Notes under the pieces: generated by a model | What the model was told of the DNA's origin: nothing | Database searches by the model: none | Seen by the model: the letters and a program-made list of their open reading frames with translations, nothing else | Program-made: the position numbers and the translations under genes | Shown here: in pieces, positions 1 to 9,565 of the stretch | How the letters are laid out: each line of letters begins with the position of its first letter | How positions within the stretch are numbered: the stretch's first letter is position 1 | DNA from: a bacterium | GTDB taxonomy: Bacteria; SZUA-182; DTGQ01 | Direction of reading: 5' to 3' | DNA length: 39,730 nucleotides | NCBI GenBank assembly: GCA_049472445.1 | Contig: JBLIRT010000005.1 | Span: 1-39,730 of the forward strand

Positions 1-1342
1 CGGGAGGGATAGGTACATCCATGAGTTTCAGAATGGTGGGAGCAAGGGCGCATATATCAAAGTCGGTCTCTGCGATTTTCCTGCCCTTGATATGGAAGAA
101 GGCATCATGATACGTGTGCATGCCTGTCAATTCAGTTCTGCCGGTTAAAGTGGGCCGATCAAGATTGCCTTTGAGGTCGTATCCATCCTTAGGGATGGCA
201 ATCAAATCCGCAGCTTTATCCAGATGCGGACCATGGTAAATTTCCTCTCTCTTCACCACCCTTTCCAGGATAACCTCTCCCGCTTCAGGATCTTTCATCT
301 CCATCAGGGATTCAATTAACTGGTCGCGAACACTCTCATAGTGCGTACCAGGCTTTATACAACCACAAGGTTCCCGCCCCTCAAGATTGAGAAAGATGCG
401 GCCGGGAATAAGACTATAGGCCATGGTCTCGCGGTGCATCTCCTTGAGGGATGCCTTCTTCTCAGAAGAGAATTTAAGCCAGCCTTTTTCCCGGAGCCAT
501 TGGTTTACATAAACCTCCTGCCGAATTCTACAAAATCCATGATCTGAGAGCAGGATAAATTGAACCTCCGGATGCGGCTTTACAAACTGGTCATAAAGCT
601 CACCTACGAGGTGGTCGATCTTCTGATAAAAGCGGATAAATTCAGTGCCCCATCGAGGGTCATCATCCTCCCAGGCATCCCAGAGAAAATGATTAATACG
701 ATCTGTACCCATGACATGAAGCTGAAAGTAATCCCATTCCTCTTGACGGAGAAAATGCCTGGCTGTGGCAAAGCGCCTTTCCAGGGTCATGTCTAAGTCC
801 TCAAGGAATTTTTGCCTGTCCTTTCTGGCCAGCCAGGCATCCGCATCAATCCGGTAGCCCAAATCCTTGAGCTGAGTAATAACTGAGGATGGATAAGCTG
901 CCTTTTCTAATTTGGTAGTCAAAAAACAGGACACCAGAATCCCATGTACCGGCTTCGGCGGATAGGTAACCGGCACATTCATGACTATCACCCGCTTCCG
1001 GGCCTCACTTAAAATGTGCCACAGGGCGCTGCATTGCATGTTGGAATTGGTCGGTATGTAAGGCTCAAAGGGATTCGGTATTCGATCGATAAAACCATAG
1101 ATGTTGTGTTTGGCCGGGTTTCGCCCGGTCATAAAAGATGACCAGGCCACAGAGGAGACCGTTGGAATTACCGAACGCATCCGTAGAAAGGATCCCTTCG
1201 GATCATGGAAGAAGGCCTGCATCCTGGGAAATTTGCCGTCGTTTTTCGGATGAGTAAGAAAGGTATAGGGCACTCCATCCAGTCCGATGACAAAGACCTT
1301 TTGAGACCTGAATATTCCTTTGAGCTTCGGCAGCCAGGTCAT
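1..1342 (-). CDS. Alkaline phosphatase superfamily protein (type I phosphodiesterase/nucleotide pyrophosphatase-like); 3' end runs off the window
   Basis: Absent from the ORF track because there is no stop in the window. Manual translation from ATG 1342 gives MTWLPKLKGIFRSQKVFVIGLDGVPY...MRSVIPTVSSVAWSSFMTGRNPAKHNIYGFIDR, and near position 1 TGMHT...ALAPTILKLMDVPIPP. The IGLDG, AWxSFxTGxNPxxHxIYGF and GxH motifs are typical of this family. Starts 2 nt after the cysC stop. Confidence 0.88.
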   Translation of the reverse strand, partial: MTWLPKLKGIFRSQKVFVIGLDGVPYTFLTHPKNDGKFPRMQAFFHDPKGSFLRMRSVIPTVSSVAWSSFMTGRNPAKHNIYGFIDRIPNPFEPYIPTNSNMQCSALWHILSEARKRVIVMNVPVTYPPKPVHGILVSCFLTTKLEKAAYPSSVITQLKDLGYRIDADAWLARKDRQKFLEDLDMTLERRFATARHFLRQEEWDYFQLHVMGTDRINHFLWDAWEDDDPRWGTEFIRFYQKIDHLVGELYDQFVKPHPEVQFILLSDHGFCRIRQEVYVNQWLREKGWLKFSSEKKASLKEMHRETMAYSLIPGRIFLNLEGREPCGCIKPGTHYESVRDQLIESLMEMKDPEAGEVILERVVKREEIYHGPHLDKAADLIAIPKDGYDLKGNLDRPTLTGRTELTGMHTYHDAFFHIKGRKIAETDFDICALAPTILKLMDVPIPP

Positions 1343-1344
1343 GA

Positions 1345-1998
1345 TCAGATATATCCCAGATCCTGTAACCGCTGTTTTATTTTTTCCTCTTCCTCTTCAG
1401 TGTAAACATCATCGCCTTCGGTTGATTGCCCGGCAGCGGCCAGGTTTTCTCCCATAGCCTCCAGGTATCCGAGATTCTGCAAGGCATTCAGAATTTTGCC
1501 TACACTTTCTTCCACTGATTCCTTATCCGTCTCAACCACTACTTCCGGGCTGAGCGGCTCTTCATAAGGGTCGGAAACTCCCGTATAGTTCTTAATCTCT
1601 CCGGCCAGAGCCTTCTTGTATAGTCCCTTAACGTCCCGATTAATGCAGGTATCCAGAGAACATTTTACAAAGACCTCAACGAAGTCTCCGATGAGCTGAC
1701 GATTATGATCCCTGACCGCCCGGTAGGGGGAAATGGCTGAGGCAATGGCAATGACGCCGTTGCGGCTCAGGAGATGACAGACAAAGCCGATTCGTTTTAT
1801 ATTTATATCGCGGTCTTCCTTGCTGAATCCTAATCCTTTGCTGAGGTTGGTACGAACAACATCGCCGTCCAGCAATTCCACCTTAAGCCCTTTATCCCTG
1901 AGCATCTGTTCGATTTTTTGAGCTATGGTCGTTTTACCGGCACCGGACAAGCCGGTAAACCAGAGGGTGAAGCCTTTTTGTCCGCCGTTATATTTCAT
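1345..1998 (-). CDS. cysC: Adenylyl-sulfate (APS) kinase with a C-terminal extension
   Basis: WFTGLSGAGKTT P-loop, LDGDVVR, LGFSKEDRDINIKRIG, ISPY, RDVKGLYKKA, YTGVSDPYEEP. GGAGG RBS upstream. Confidence 0.96.
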   Translation of the reverse strand: MKYNGGQKGFTLWFTGLSGAGKTTIAQKIEQMLRDKGLKVELLDGDVVRTNLSKGLGFSKEDRDINIKRIGFVCHLLSRNGVIAIASAISPYRAVRDHNRQLIGDFVEVFVKCSLDTCINRDVKGLYKKALAGEIKNYTGVSDPYEEPLSPEVVVETDKESVEESVGKILNALQNLGYLEAMGENLAAAGQSTEGDDVYTEEEEEKIKQRLQDLGYI

Positions 1999-2057
1999 AA
2001 GAAATCAATGCCTCCCTTAACAATAGCAAGTAACAATAGCAAGGTTAAAAGCTTGGT

Positions 2058-3230
2058 TTAGGCCTGTGTTTGACGAAGCCCTTGAATTAAAATTTCAGCC
2101 ACTTCCCGCCGGGTGAATTCCAGAGGAGGAATCTCGCCGCGGCTGAGCATTTCCCGCACCTTGGTTCCGCTTAAAAATACATGCGCACTGCTGTCATGAG
2201 GGCATGTTTTGTTTGAAGCCATTCCCCCACATTCCTTGCAGTAAAAGGTATGTTCAAAGAAAAAGGGTGTGATTTCCAGCTCTTTGGGGTCAAATTCCTG
2301 AAAGATATTGTGAGCATCATAGGTTCCGTAATAGTTCCCTACTCCTGCATGGTCCCGGCCGACAATGAAATGTGTGCATCCATAATTTTTCCTCATGATC
2401 GAGTGAAATATAGCCTCCCTGGGGCCCGCATACCGCATATTGACCGGCATGACCGAGAAGAGAGTACGCTGCGGATGATAGTACTTATCAACGATGACCT
2501 CATAGCACCTGATTCGTATATCGGTGGGGATGTCATCGCTTTTTGTTTCCCCTACCAGCGGGTGGAGGAGCAGACCATCTACGACCTCGAGGGCACACTT
2601 TTGAATGTACTCATGGGCACGGTGTACCGGGTTTCTGGTTTGAAAGGCAACGATGGTATGCCAGCCCTTTTCTTTAAATATGGCCCGTGTTTGTCTGGGA
2701 GATAGATTATAGCGGGCGTAAGGGTCGGGTTTTCTTTTGAGCAGATCAATCTTTCCGCCCAGGAGGACCTCCCCCATGGCATAGATCTTCTTAACTCCCG
2801 GGTGTTTATCTTCAGTGGTTTTGAACACCTTTTGGGCTAACCGCTCCCGGTCATAAAAGTATTTGTCGTCAAGAGAGAGAATTGCTGCTGCCTCACCGTG
2901 AGGATCCATGATGGCTATTTCGGAATCCAGTGACAACTGGTCGGCTACTTCCCGGCTTACGTCCAGGGTGATGGGTATCGTCCAGGGAATCCCGCTGGCT
3001 AATCGCATATGTTCAACAACGCTTTCAAAATCGGCCCTACTCATAAACCCCTCAAGGGGGCTGAAGATCCCATCAGCAATGTTTTCAATATCAGTCAGGG
3101 TATCTTGACTGGCCGGGATCTTTGGCAGATTCCGGACCTTTTCCAGGGCCGCTTCCCTGTCCGGCTCATTCAGAACCCGATTAATGAGTGTTCCTCCATG
3201 TGGTTTGATCATGTTATTCTCCCCATCCAT
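2058..3230 (-). CDS. sat: Sulfate adenylyltransferase (ATP sulfurylase, Sat type)
   Basis: PHGG N-terminus, FSPLEGFM, FQTRNPVHRAHEY, MRYAGPREAIFH, GRDHAGVG, Zn site CxxC...CPH, SGTKVR. The true start may be ATG 3212. Confidence 0.96.
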   Translation of the reverse strand: MDGENNMIKPHGGTLINRVLNEPDREAALEKVRNLPKIPASQDTLTDIENIADGIFSPLEGFMSRADFESVVEHMRLASGIPWTIPITLDVSREVADQLSLDSEIAIMDPHGEAAAILSLDDKYFYDRERLAQKVFKTTEDKHPGVKKIYAMGEVLLGGKIDLLKRKPDPYARYNLSPRQTRAIFKEKGWHTIVAFQTRNPVHRAHEYIQKCALEVVDGLLLHPLVGETKSDDIPTDIRIRCYEVIVDKYYHPQRTLFSVMPVNMRYAGPREAIFHSIMRKNYGCTHFIVGRDHAGVGNYYGTYDAHNIFQEFDPKELEITPFFFEHTFYCKECGGMASNKTCPHDSSAHVFLSGTKVREMLSRGEIPPLEFTRREVAEILIQGLRQTQA

Positions 3231-3232
3231 TC

Positions 3233-3478
3233 TTACTGAATATAGCCCAGAGCCCGCAACCGCTTTCGGATCATTTCCATTTCTTCCTGGCTCAAGGCAT
3301 CCTGTTTTTGTAGTTTCCCGCCGGCCACAATATCCCGCAAAACATAAACAACAAATTCTGTCACACTACTGAAACCTGTATCGGCAATTAATTTTATAAC
3401 CTCTTCGTATAATCTCCTGGGAATTTTGATCGTGACTTTTTCTCTACTGTCTCTCTGGCTCATCATACTGCTCTCCAT
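3233..3478 (-). CDS. CopG/ribbon-helix-helix DNA-binding protein with C-terminal RLRALGY tail
   Basis: VTIKIPRRLYEEV...GFSSVTEFVVYVLR has the RHH pattern. First gene of the operon, 2 nt from sat. Confidence 0.85.
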   Translation of the reverse strand: MESSMMSQRDSREKVTIKIPRRLYEEVIKLIADTGFSSVTEFVVYVLRDIVAGGKLQKQDALSQEEMEMIRKRLRALGYIQ

Positions 3479-3541
3479 TCTTTATACTCTATTAGGAATC
3501 TAATAGGAGTGTTAAAACCATACCATGCTGACCTGGACTTG

Positions 3542-4706
3542 TCAATGGGAAAATGGTGGGCTACACGAAGCTACAGAAAAAATCTCCACCTCCGGCGATA
3601 CATTCTTTAAGGCTAATTTTCCCAGGGAATCAAAGGTAAAATATTCATGCAGCCTGTCCACAGTGGATTTTAAGACAAGAATGGCACCTCCGGAAGCAAA
3701 CGCGCTAATGCGTGCCGTCACGTTCGTAACCGTACCCCGTGCAGTATAGGTGCATCGACAACCGGTAAGGCTTTTGAAGGTTGAGATACCCAGGAAGGCC
3801 GTACCCGAGTTGATCCCTATATTGACCACAAGGGTACCAACTATCTCAGGCCTGCAGGCAATCTGCGCGATCCTTTCCCTTATCATCAATGTGGTTCGCA
3901 CCGCCTCCAAGGCATTCGCCTTCCTGTCCTCATTGTGAAAAATGACCATGAGCCCGTCTCCTGTCGTCTCATTCACATCACCATTATTCGCATAAATAGC
4001 CTCAATGAATACCGAAAAATATAATTCCACGATGGCATTGAGACCGGCCCCGTCCAATTTTTCACTTAACAGGCTATAGCCCTGTATGTCAATGAAAAGG
4101 ACTGATACATCCTGCTCCTTCGATTCAGGGAGGGAGGCTGTCGGGGAGATCTCCATCACCTTGGTTACGGTGGCAGGAACGAATTTACAGAGAGTCGCCT
4201 TGATATCTTCCAGAATTTCCACCTTTCTTTCGGCCATCTGCAGCTCATGAAGGGTTGTTCCCAGCAGACAGTGCGTTTACGCAAGGTCCCTGTTCAACTC
4301 ATCGAGTTTGCGGCGCTGAGCATCGACCCTCTCAAAAAGCAGGGCGTTAGACATCCCGATCGCTCCAGCGATGCCTATGGCATCGAGGATCTCCAGGTCC
4401 TCCCTCGAGTACGGCTTCAGGTTCTCCTTCTCACCCAAAAAAACCAGGCCGAGCACGTCCTTACTGTAAATCAGGGGGAGGCAGACCTGCACCCTCTCCT
4501 GCTCGAACCTTCTCCTGGCGATATTCTGGAAGCCCCTGAAGGCCGTGATAAGATCGATGTGGCTCTGGCCGACCGCCGACCTATAGGCGGTGATCTTCTC
4601 GACGAACAGATCCTGCTCATTGATTCCCGGCCCTTTGGTCGGCTCACCAGCAGGCAGGCTGCCTCGGCTCGTCTCCAGGACCTCTCTGCTGTACTGTGTC
4701 CTTCCG
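3542..4706 (-). pseudogene. GAF-coiled coil-class III adenylate/guanylate cyclase pseudogene (in-frame TAA; 5' part removed at the IS66 boundary)
   Basis: Cyclase motifs VLFIDIQGYS, GDGLM, IGINSG and TNVTARI in 3542-4237. The GAF C-terminus (CLPL...LGLVFLGEKENLKPYSREDLEIL) in 4277-4492 is in the same frame, separated by TAA at 4277-4279. The frame stays open upstream to about 4705 and abuts the IS end. Confidence 0.8.
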
Positions 4707-4779
4707 GTGAGCCTGCATGAAAATAAATTAAGAAAGGCTTAACATAGATCATCCAATCAACCAGAAAGGGGGATGATTT

Positions 4780-5196
4780 ATGAAAGCAGATCACATCTCA
4801 GTTACTAAACCAGCCTTATGTACTAAACCAACCCTGGAAGAGATCAAAAAACAATTTGCTGTGTGGCGCAGCAAGAGAAGATGCCGTGGGTCAGTGCCGG
4901 AAGAGCTATGGGAGGCAGCAGTAGGATTGGCCAAAGACCATCCACCCGCGCAAATCGCAAAGATCTTGGGTTTGGATTATGGAAAATTAAAGAGGAGGAT
5001 TCAGGCCAAAGACGAGTGTGTGATGGAGGGATCTCACCATTTCATTGAATTATCACTTGGGAATCCTGTATCTGATTCTGGGTGTATGATGGAGATTGAA
5101 GATCAAAAGGGTGGCAGGGTCAAGGTGCATATGAGAGAAGGATTTTGTTTGGAGCTGTTGAAATTAGCAGAAGCATTCTGGAGAAGGCAGGTATGA
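4780..5196 (+). CDS. tnpA: IS66 accessory protein TnpA-like
   Basis: FAVWR...VPEELWEAAV..LGLDYGKLK HTH-like segment followed by FIEL. First ORF of the element. Confidence 0.7.
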   Translation: MKADHISVTKPALCTKPTLEEIKKQFAVWRSKRRCRGSVPEELWEAAVGLAKDHPPAQIAKILGLDYGKLKRRIQAKDECVMEGSHHFIELSLGNPVSDSGCMMEIEDQKGGRVKVHMREGFCLELLKLAEAFWRRQV

Positions 5197-5564
5197 TTCA
5201 GATCACACCCCAGATGAGGATATTGGTCGCGGTTGAGGCGGTGGATTTTCGCCGGGGAATAGATGGGATGGCAAAGCTGTGCAGGCAGGTGATGAGATCA
5301 GACCCTTTCTCAGGATATGTGTTTGTATTTGTGAATCGAAGAAAAACATCAATAAAAATATTGAGTTATGATGGCCAAGGGTTTTGGTTATCTCAAAAGC
5401 GATTATCCAAAGGTCATTTTTTGTGGTGGCCAGACAGAACTGACTGTAAAGTAAGTCAGTTAGCAGCTCATGATTTACAGCTTCTGCTGTGGAATGGCAA
5501 TCCAGAGAATGCACACGTGGCACCTATGTGGAAGAGGGTACAGCCACTGGAAGATAGAGTGTAA
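5193..5564 (+). CDS. tnpB: IS66 accessory protein TnpB
   Basis: MIQITPQMRILVAVEAVDFRRGIDG...DPFSGYVFVFVNRR..IKILSYDGQGFWLSQKRLSKGHF. ATG 5193 overlaps the tnpA stop. Confidence 0.92.
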   Translation: MIQITPQMRILVAVEAVDFRRGIDGMAKLCRQVMRSDPFSGYVFVFVNRRKTSIKILSYDGQGFWLSQKRLSKGHFLWWPDRTDCKVSQLAAHDLQLLLWNGNPENAHVAPMWKRVQPLEDRV

Positions 5565-5679
5565 GTATTTTATGCATAAAAACTGTTCTATTATGAGGTT
5601 GACAAGGAGATTGTTTTTATGTAACCTTATGAACTGTTTACAGAAAAGTTCCGCACCATTTTGAAATAGTAAAGAGAAA

Positions 5680-7005
5680 ATGAAACCCCCGCACCGTATA
5701 GAACTTGAGCCCCATCAGGTCGATGCCCTTCGTCAGAGGATAGCAGCACGAGCTTTAGAGGAAGCCGATTATCTGCTCATCGAGGGGATGATCGAGACCA
5801 TCGTTTTCTTAAGCCAAGCCTTAGAAGAGAAGGATATTTCTGTAAAGAGACTTCTTGGGATGATATTTGGCCTAAAGACAGAGAAGGCAAAGAATGTGCT
5901 GGGGAAGTCGCCGGAAGAAGACAAAACCTCTCAAGATCCCGCCGATATCTGCCCTGATGACAAAGAGGGTGATGAGAAAAAAGTGCGCAAGGGGCATGGT
6001 CGAAATGGTGTGGATACCTACAGTGGGGCCGAGAAAGCATTTATTTCTCATGCAACCATCAAATCCGGAGATCCCTGTCCTTTGTGTGTGAAGGGAAAGG
6101 TATATCGGATGAAAACACCCAAAGTTGTGGTGCGGGTGGTGGGAAGGGCACTCCTTACCGCCAGGGTATGGGAGTTGGAGAGCCTGCGCTGTAATCTGTG
6201 TGGTGAGGTATTTACCGCACAGGCACCACAAGAGGTGGGTGAAGAAAAGTATGATGCAACCTGCGGAGCCATGATTGCTCTTTTAAAATATGGAAGCGGG
6301 TTTCCCTTCTATCGGCTGGAGGGGCTTCAAAGGAGCCTTGGTATTCCTTTACCTGCCTCAACCCAATGGGATATAGTAGAGGGGTGTGCCGATAAGATCT
6401 ATCCTGCTTATGAGGAGCTAATAAGACAGGCTGCTCAAGGGCAGGTTCTGCACAATGATGATACGGTGATAAAAGTCCTGGCCTTAATGAAAAGCACCCA
6501 GGATCAAGAAGGCCAAAGAGATGATCCTTCCCGAAAGGGGCTGTTTACCACGGCCATCCTCTCGGTAAAGGAAGGAATAAGAGTAGCTCTCTTTTTTACC
6601 GGTCGAAAACATGCGGGAGAAAACCTGGCTGATGTGCTAAAGAAGAGACAAGCAGGACTAAGCCCACCAATACAGATGTGTGATACTCTCAGTCGAAATC
6701 TTCCCCAAAACCTTAAGACTCTTCTGGCCAATTGCCTGTCGCATGCTCGAAGAAAATTCATCGAGGTGATCTTCTGCTTTCCGGAAGAGTGCCGCCACTT
6801 GGTTGAGGTCTTAGCCAAGGTATATCATTACGATGATATCGCCAAAGAGCAGAACCTCTCAGATGATGAGCGCCTCAAGTTTCATCAGGAGAAAAGCGGC
6901 CCTCTCATGGAGCAGCTCAAGGTATGGGCTGCTTTTGCTATTATCTGTCTTCTTTGCTATTATAATATAAAAGAACATATTCAGCCTGACTGTGACAGGA
7001 AATAA
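5680..7005 (+). pseudogene. tnpC: IS66 transposase TnpC, C-terminally truncated (last ~25 codons read into unrelated DNA)
   Basis: Zinc finger CPLC...CNLCG, PFYRLE, LHNDDT, MCD and CLSHARRKF are present. The C-terminal DNNxxER catalytic-Glu region is absent. Confidence 0.85.
6935..6966 (+). promoter_or_regulatory. Putative sigma70 promoter for the cysteine hydrolase
   Basis: TTGCTA-17 nt-TATTAT with an extended TG, plus an overlapping TATAAT at 6961, immediately after the IS breakpoint. Confidence 0.45.
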
Positions 7006-7078
7006 AGCAGGTAACCAAAGAGGTATACAGTAAACAGCCAAAGAGAAGGATTAGCTTGAGCGGAGAGGAGACTTACAC

Positions 7079-7603
7079 ATGGCTAAAAGGGCACTTATCA
7101 TCATTGATATGCTTAATGACTTTGTGCAAAGGGGTGCTCCCCTGGAAGTACCTGAGACCAGAAAAGTAATACCGTCTATCAAGAGGCAGATAGAGGAATC
7201 ACATAAGGAGGGAAGCCCGGTTATTTATGTGTGTGATGCCCATGAGCCGGATGATAGCGAATTCAGGCAGTTCGGATGGCCCCCTCATGCCGTCAGGGGA
7301 ACTTCGGGAGCCGAAGTGGTCAATGAATTAAAGCCCTCGGGGAAGGATATCGTGGTTGAAAAAACGAGCTATTCGGGATTCTATCATACGGAACTGGACA
7401 AGGTTCTGAAGAATCATGGCGTAGATACAGTTCGTCTCACCGGGTGCGTCACGCATATCTGTGTTTTATTCGCTGCTCTTGAGGCAGGGGTGAGAGGGTA
7501 CCGGATTGAAGTGGTAGGTGATGGAGTGGCCGGACTTGCTCCTGAAGATCATGAAGCTGCCCTTCGAATCATGAAGAATGTAACCCGTGCCCAGATAGTG
7601 TAA
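7079..7603 (+). CDS. Isochorismatase-family cysteine hydrolase (nicotinamidase-like)
   Basis: ALIIIDMLNDF, DAH, WPPHAVRGT, KTSYSGF, GCVTHICV (Asp/Lys/Cys triad). GAGGAG RBS. Confidence 0.9.
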   Translation: MAKRALIIIDMLNDFVQRGAPLEVPETRKVIPSIKRQIEESHKEGSPVIYVCDAHEPDDSEFRQFGWPPHAVRGTSGAEVVNELKPSGKDIVVEKTSYSGFYHTELDKVLKNHGVDTVRLTGCVTHICVLFAALEAGVRGYRIEVVGDGVAGLAPEDHEAALRIMKNVTRAQIV

Positions 7604-7627
7604 TGGAAGGGCAGGGTATCAGGAAAA

Positions 7628-9292
7628 ATGCTTTTCAAAAGATATATTGTTCTCGTGCTGGCCATCGTGCTGAGCCTCTCCTGTGTCGGCCCGGCCACAG
7701 GTGAGCCCTTTATCCTCGATGATTTTGAATACTGGGATTCTCCCTATAACCATGGCTGGATGAGCTCGGATTATCCTTTTCCGGTTATGGGCTATGGCGT
7801 GGGATACGGTTCCTGTTTCACCCAACTTGATCCTGGTGAGGGGAGCAGGGTGCTGGTAGTTCAGAGCCGGCCAACGGTTTTTAACCAGTTACAGCCATAC
7901 CATATAGCCCGCTATCTCAGACAGAATCAGTCTAACAATCAGGTACCCACCCAACCCGTGCTCAGCTATAAGATAAGGGCACTCTTTTCAATTGAGAGCT
8001 TCAACCATGTCTGGTGCTATCTTCTCGTGAAAACCGAGGAGGATGAATGGCTCTGGTTGGGCTATGTACCGGTTGAAGGGAACGGTCCCAAAATTCTCGG
8101 TGATTTCCTTCCCTTCAGTTCCCGCCTTTTACCTCCCTGGCCTGAGGCTTCAATTCCCCGAACCTGCCTCGGTTATCCTCTGGGGCGGGGAATTCAGGAT
8201 TCAACCTGGCATGTTGTGGTCAGGAATCTCCAGGATGACCTTGATCAGGCCGCAGAGGATGGCTTGCTCTCCGGGCTGCAACGTCTTGAAGGAGTGTATG
8301 GGATCGTATTCGCCGGAAATCAGTTCTCCATTGATGAGATCATGTTTCTGGAAGATCAATCAGCCTATGAGAATCACCATCCTTTTATCTGGGATCCGGG
8401 AGTGCAGTGGGCCACACTCTTTGAACCCTTTGAATTGATCCTCCACGCTTCCGATCCGGAACATGATGAACTCTCCTTTGATTTACAGGTTGGGGGCTGG
8501 GGGAGGTATGGAGCCGGTACTCATATCACTCTTGAACCTCTCCCCTGTGATCCCAATGATCCGCTGGCTCCTTATATCTGCGCCCGGGCCGCTTTACGAT
8601 TCACGCCTCAGGTCATGGAAGATCTCATGCTTACGGTTACGGTGTCCGATCAGTATACCAGTGACATAACGATCATCCCCCTTTCAGTGGTCAACTTTCA
8701 CGTGGATAATCATCCGCCGGTTATCCAGAGGAGCGGATCGACTTCCAAATGGGTGGGCTATGTGAATGAGCCTTTTACCTACCAGGTCACGGCCATTGAC
8801 CAGGATGGCGACTGCCTTACCTATATGGCTATGATCAATGGCCTGCCATCATATCAATATGGCCCATGGCAGGAGCCGCTTATAAATCCTCAAACAGGTC
8901 TTGTCCGGTTTATCCCCCATTTTGAGGGTAATTTTGAGGTTACCGTTCTTGTCCGGGACGGGAAGGGAGCTCTGTCCATAACGAGTTGGGATTTATTTGT
9001 GGTTAACCGGGGCACATGGCTTAACCATTTTCCGGTTCGGGTGGTGAACATCAAAAGCCCCCAACTGGCCCGGGCAGGCAACTTCTTTACCGTAGCTACC
9101 GGCTTTGTGGATCCTGATGGTGACACATTGTATTACAGCGCCAATATCGGCAGTGTCACGAGTGATGGTGCTTACTCATTTCTCACCTATTTCCCAGGCC
9201 GGTACCAGATAACCATTACAGCCTATGATATAAGGGGAGGGGCTGCTACCCTCCATTTTCTCCTTGATGTGCAACCCTGGTGGAGCTATTAG
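7628..9292 (+). CDS. Secreted protein with an N-terminal beta-sandwich-like domain and about three Ig/cadherin-like repeats
   Basis: Signal peptide; DDFEYW start; repeated NHxP...(A)xDP(E/D)xDxLx(F/Y)...(I/V)TVxD motifs. Confidence 0.72.
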   Translation: MLFKRYIVLVLAIVLSLSCVGPATGEPFILDDFEYWDSPYNHGWMSSDYPFPVMGYGVGYGSCFTQLDPGEGSRVLVVQSRPTVFNQLQPYHIARYLRQNQSNNQVPTQPVLSYKIRALFSIESFNHVWCYLLVKTEEDEWLWLGYVPVEGNGPKILGDFLPFSSRLLPPWPEASIPRTCLGYPLGRGIQDSTWHVVVRNLQDDLDQAAEDGLLSGLQRLEGVYGIVFAGNQFSIDEIMFLEDQSAYENHHPFIWDPGVQWATLFEPFELILHASDPEHDELSFDLQVGGWGRYGAGTHITLEPLPCDPNDPLAPYICARAALRFTPQVMEDLMLTVTVSDQYTSDITIIPLSVVNFHVDNHPPVIQRSGSTSKWVGYVNEPFTYQVTAIDQDGDCLTYMAMINGLPSYQYGPWQEPLINPQTGLVRFIPHFEGNFEVTVLVRDGKGALSITSWDLFVVNRGTWLNHFPVRVVNIKSPQLARAGNFFTVATGFVDPDGDTLYYSANIGSVTSDGAYSFLTYFPGRYQITITAYDIRGGAATLHFLLDVQPWWSY

Positions 9293-9484
9293 CGTTGCCG
9301 CCCGGCAGGGTGAGCACAATTTGAACGGGCAAGGAAGCAAAAAGCATAATCCATCAGGTAACAGAGTCGCCTCTGGTATGAATAATTTGAAAGGGCCGGG
9401 AAATCGAGTATTGTTTTCCCCCTGGTCGGGGCAACATCTGTTTCTCTCAACAGATCGGGTTAGCCCGCTCCGCTGGGCAAACAC

Positions 9485-9516
9485 AAAAAAGGCCATCAGC
9501 CGAAAGCTGATGGCCT
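9485..9516 (-). terminator. Intrinsic terminator downstream of the Gly/Tyr-rich gene
   Basis: GGCCATCAGC-cgaaa-GCTGATGGCC stem preceded by A6, which is the U-tract on the minus strand. Confidence 0.85.
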
Positions 9517-9565
9517 GAGCGGCTTTATCATTCATTCATAACCGGTAAAAGGAGGCTTCAGGAGA

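Larger units (their letters stand above)
4707..6927 (+). mobile_element. IS66-family insertion sequence, 3'-truncated
   Basis: tnpA-tnpB-tnpC order with an ATGA overlap between tnpA and tnpB. Candidate left end GTGAGC at 4707 lies where the cyclase frame is interrupted. TnpC similarity stops at ...GPLMEQLKVW; no right IR was seen. Confidence 0.85.

Noticed and set aside
341-1405. Plus-strand ORFs 341-547, 560-796 and 1205-1405
   Set aside because: They are antisense shadows of the AlkP-family and cysC genes.
1345-3230. Evidence for dissimilatory sulfate reduction
   Set aside because: sat is paired with APS kinase, and there is no aprAB, qmo or dsr in the window.
4277-4279. Selenocysteine or pyrrolysine read-through in the cyclase
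   Set aside because: The stop is TAA, which is not recoded, and the gene is also 5'-truncated by the IS.
4247-4794. ORFs 4247-4720 (+) and 4471-4794 (-)
   Set aside because: They are antisense or off-frame to the GAF remnant and straddle the IS boundary.
9176-9535. ORFs 9176-9535 (-) and 9264-9518 (+)
   Set aside because: No recognisable motif or RBS, and they run across a gene end and a terminator.
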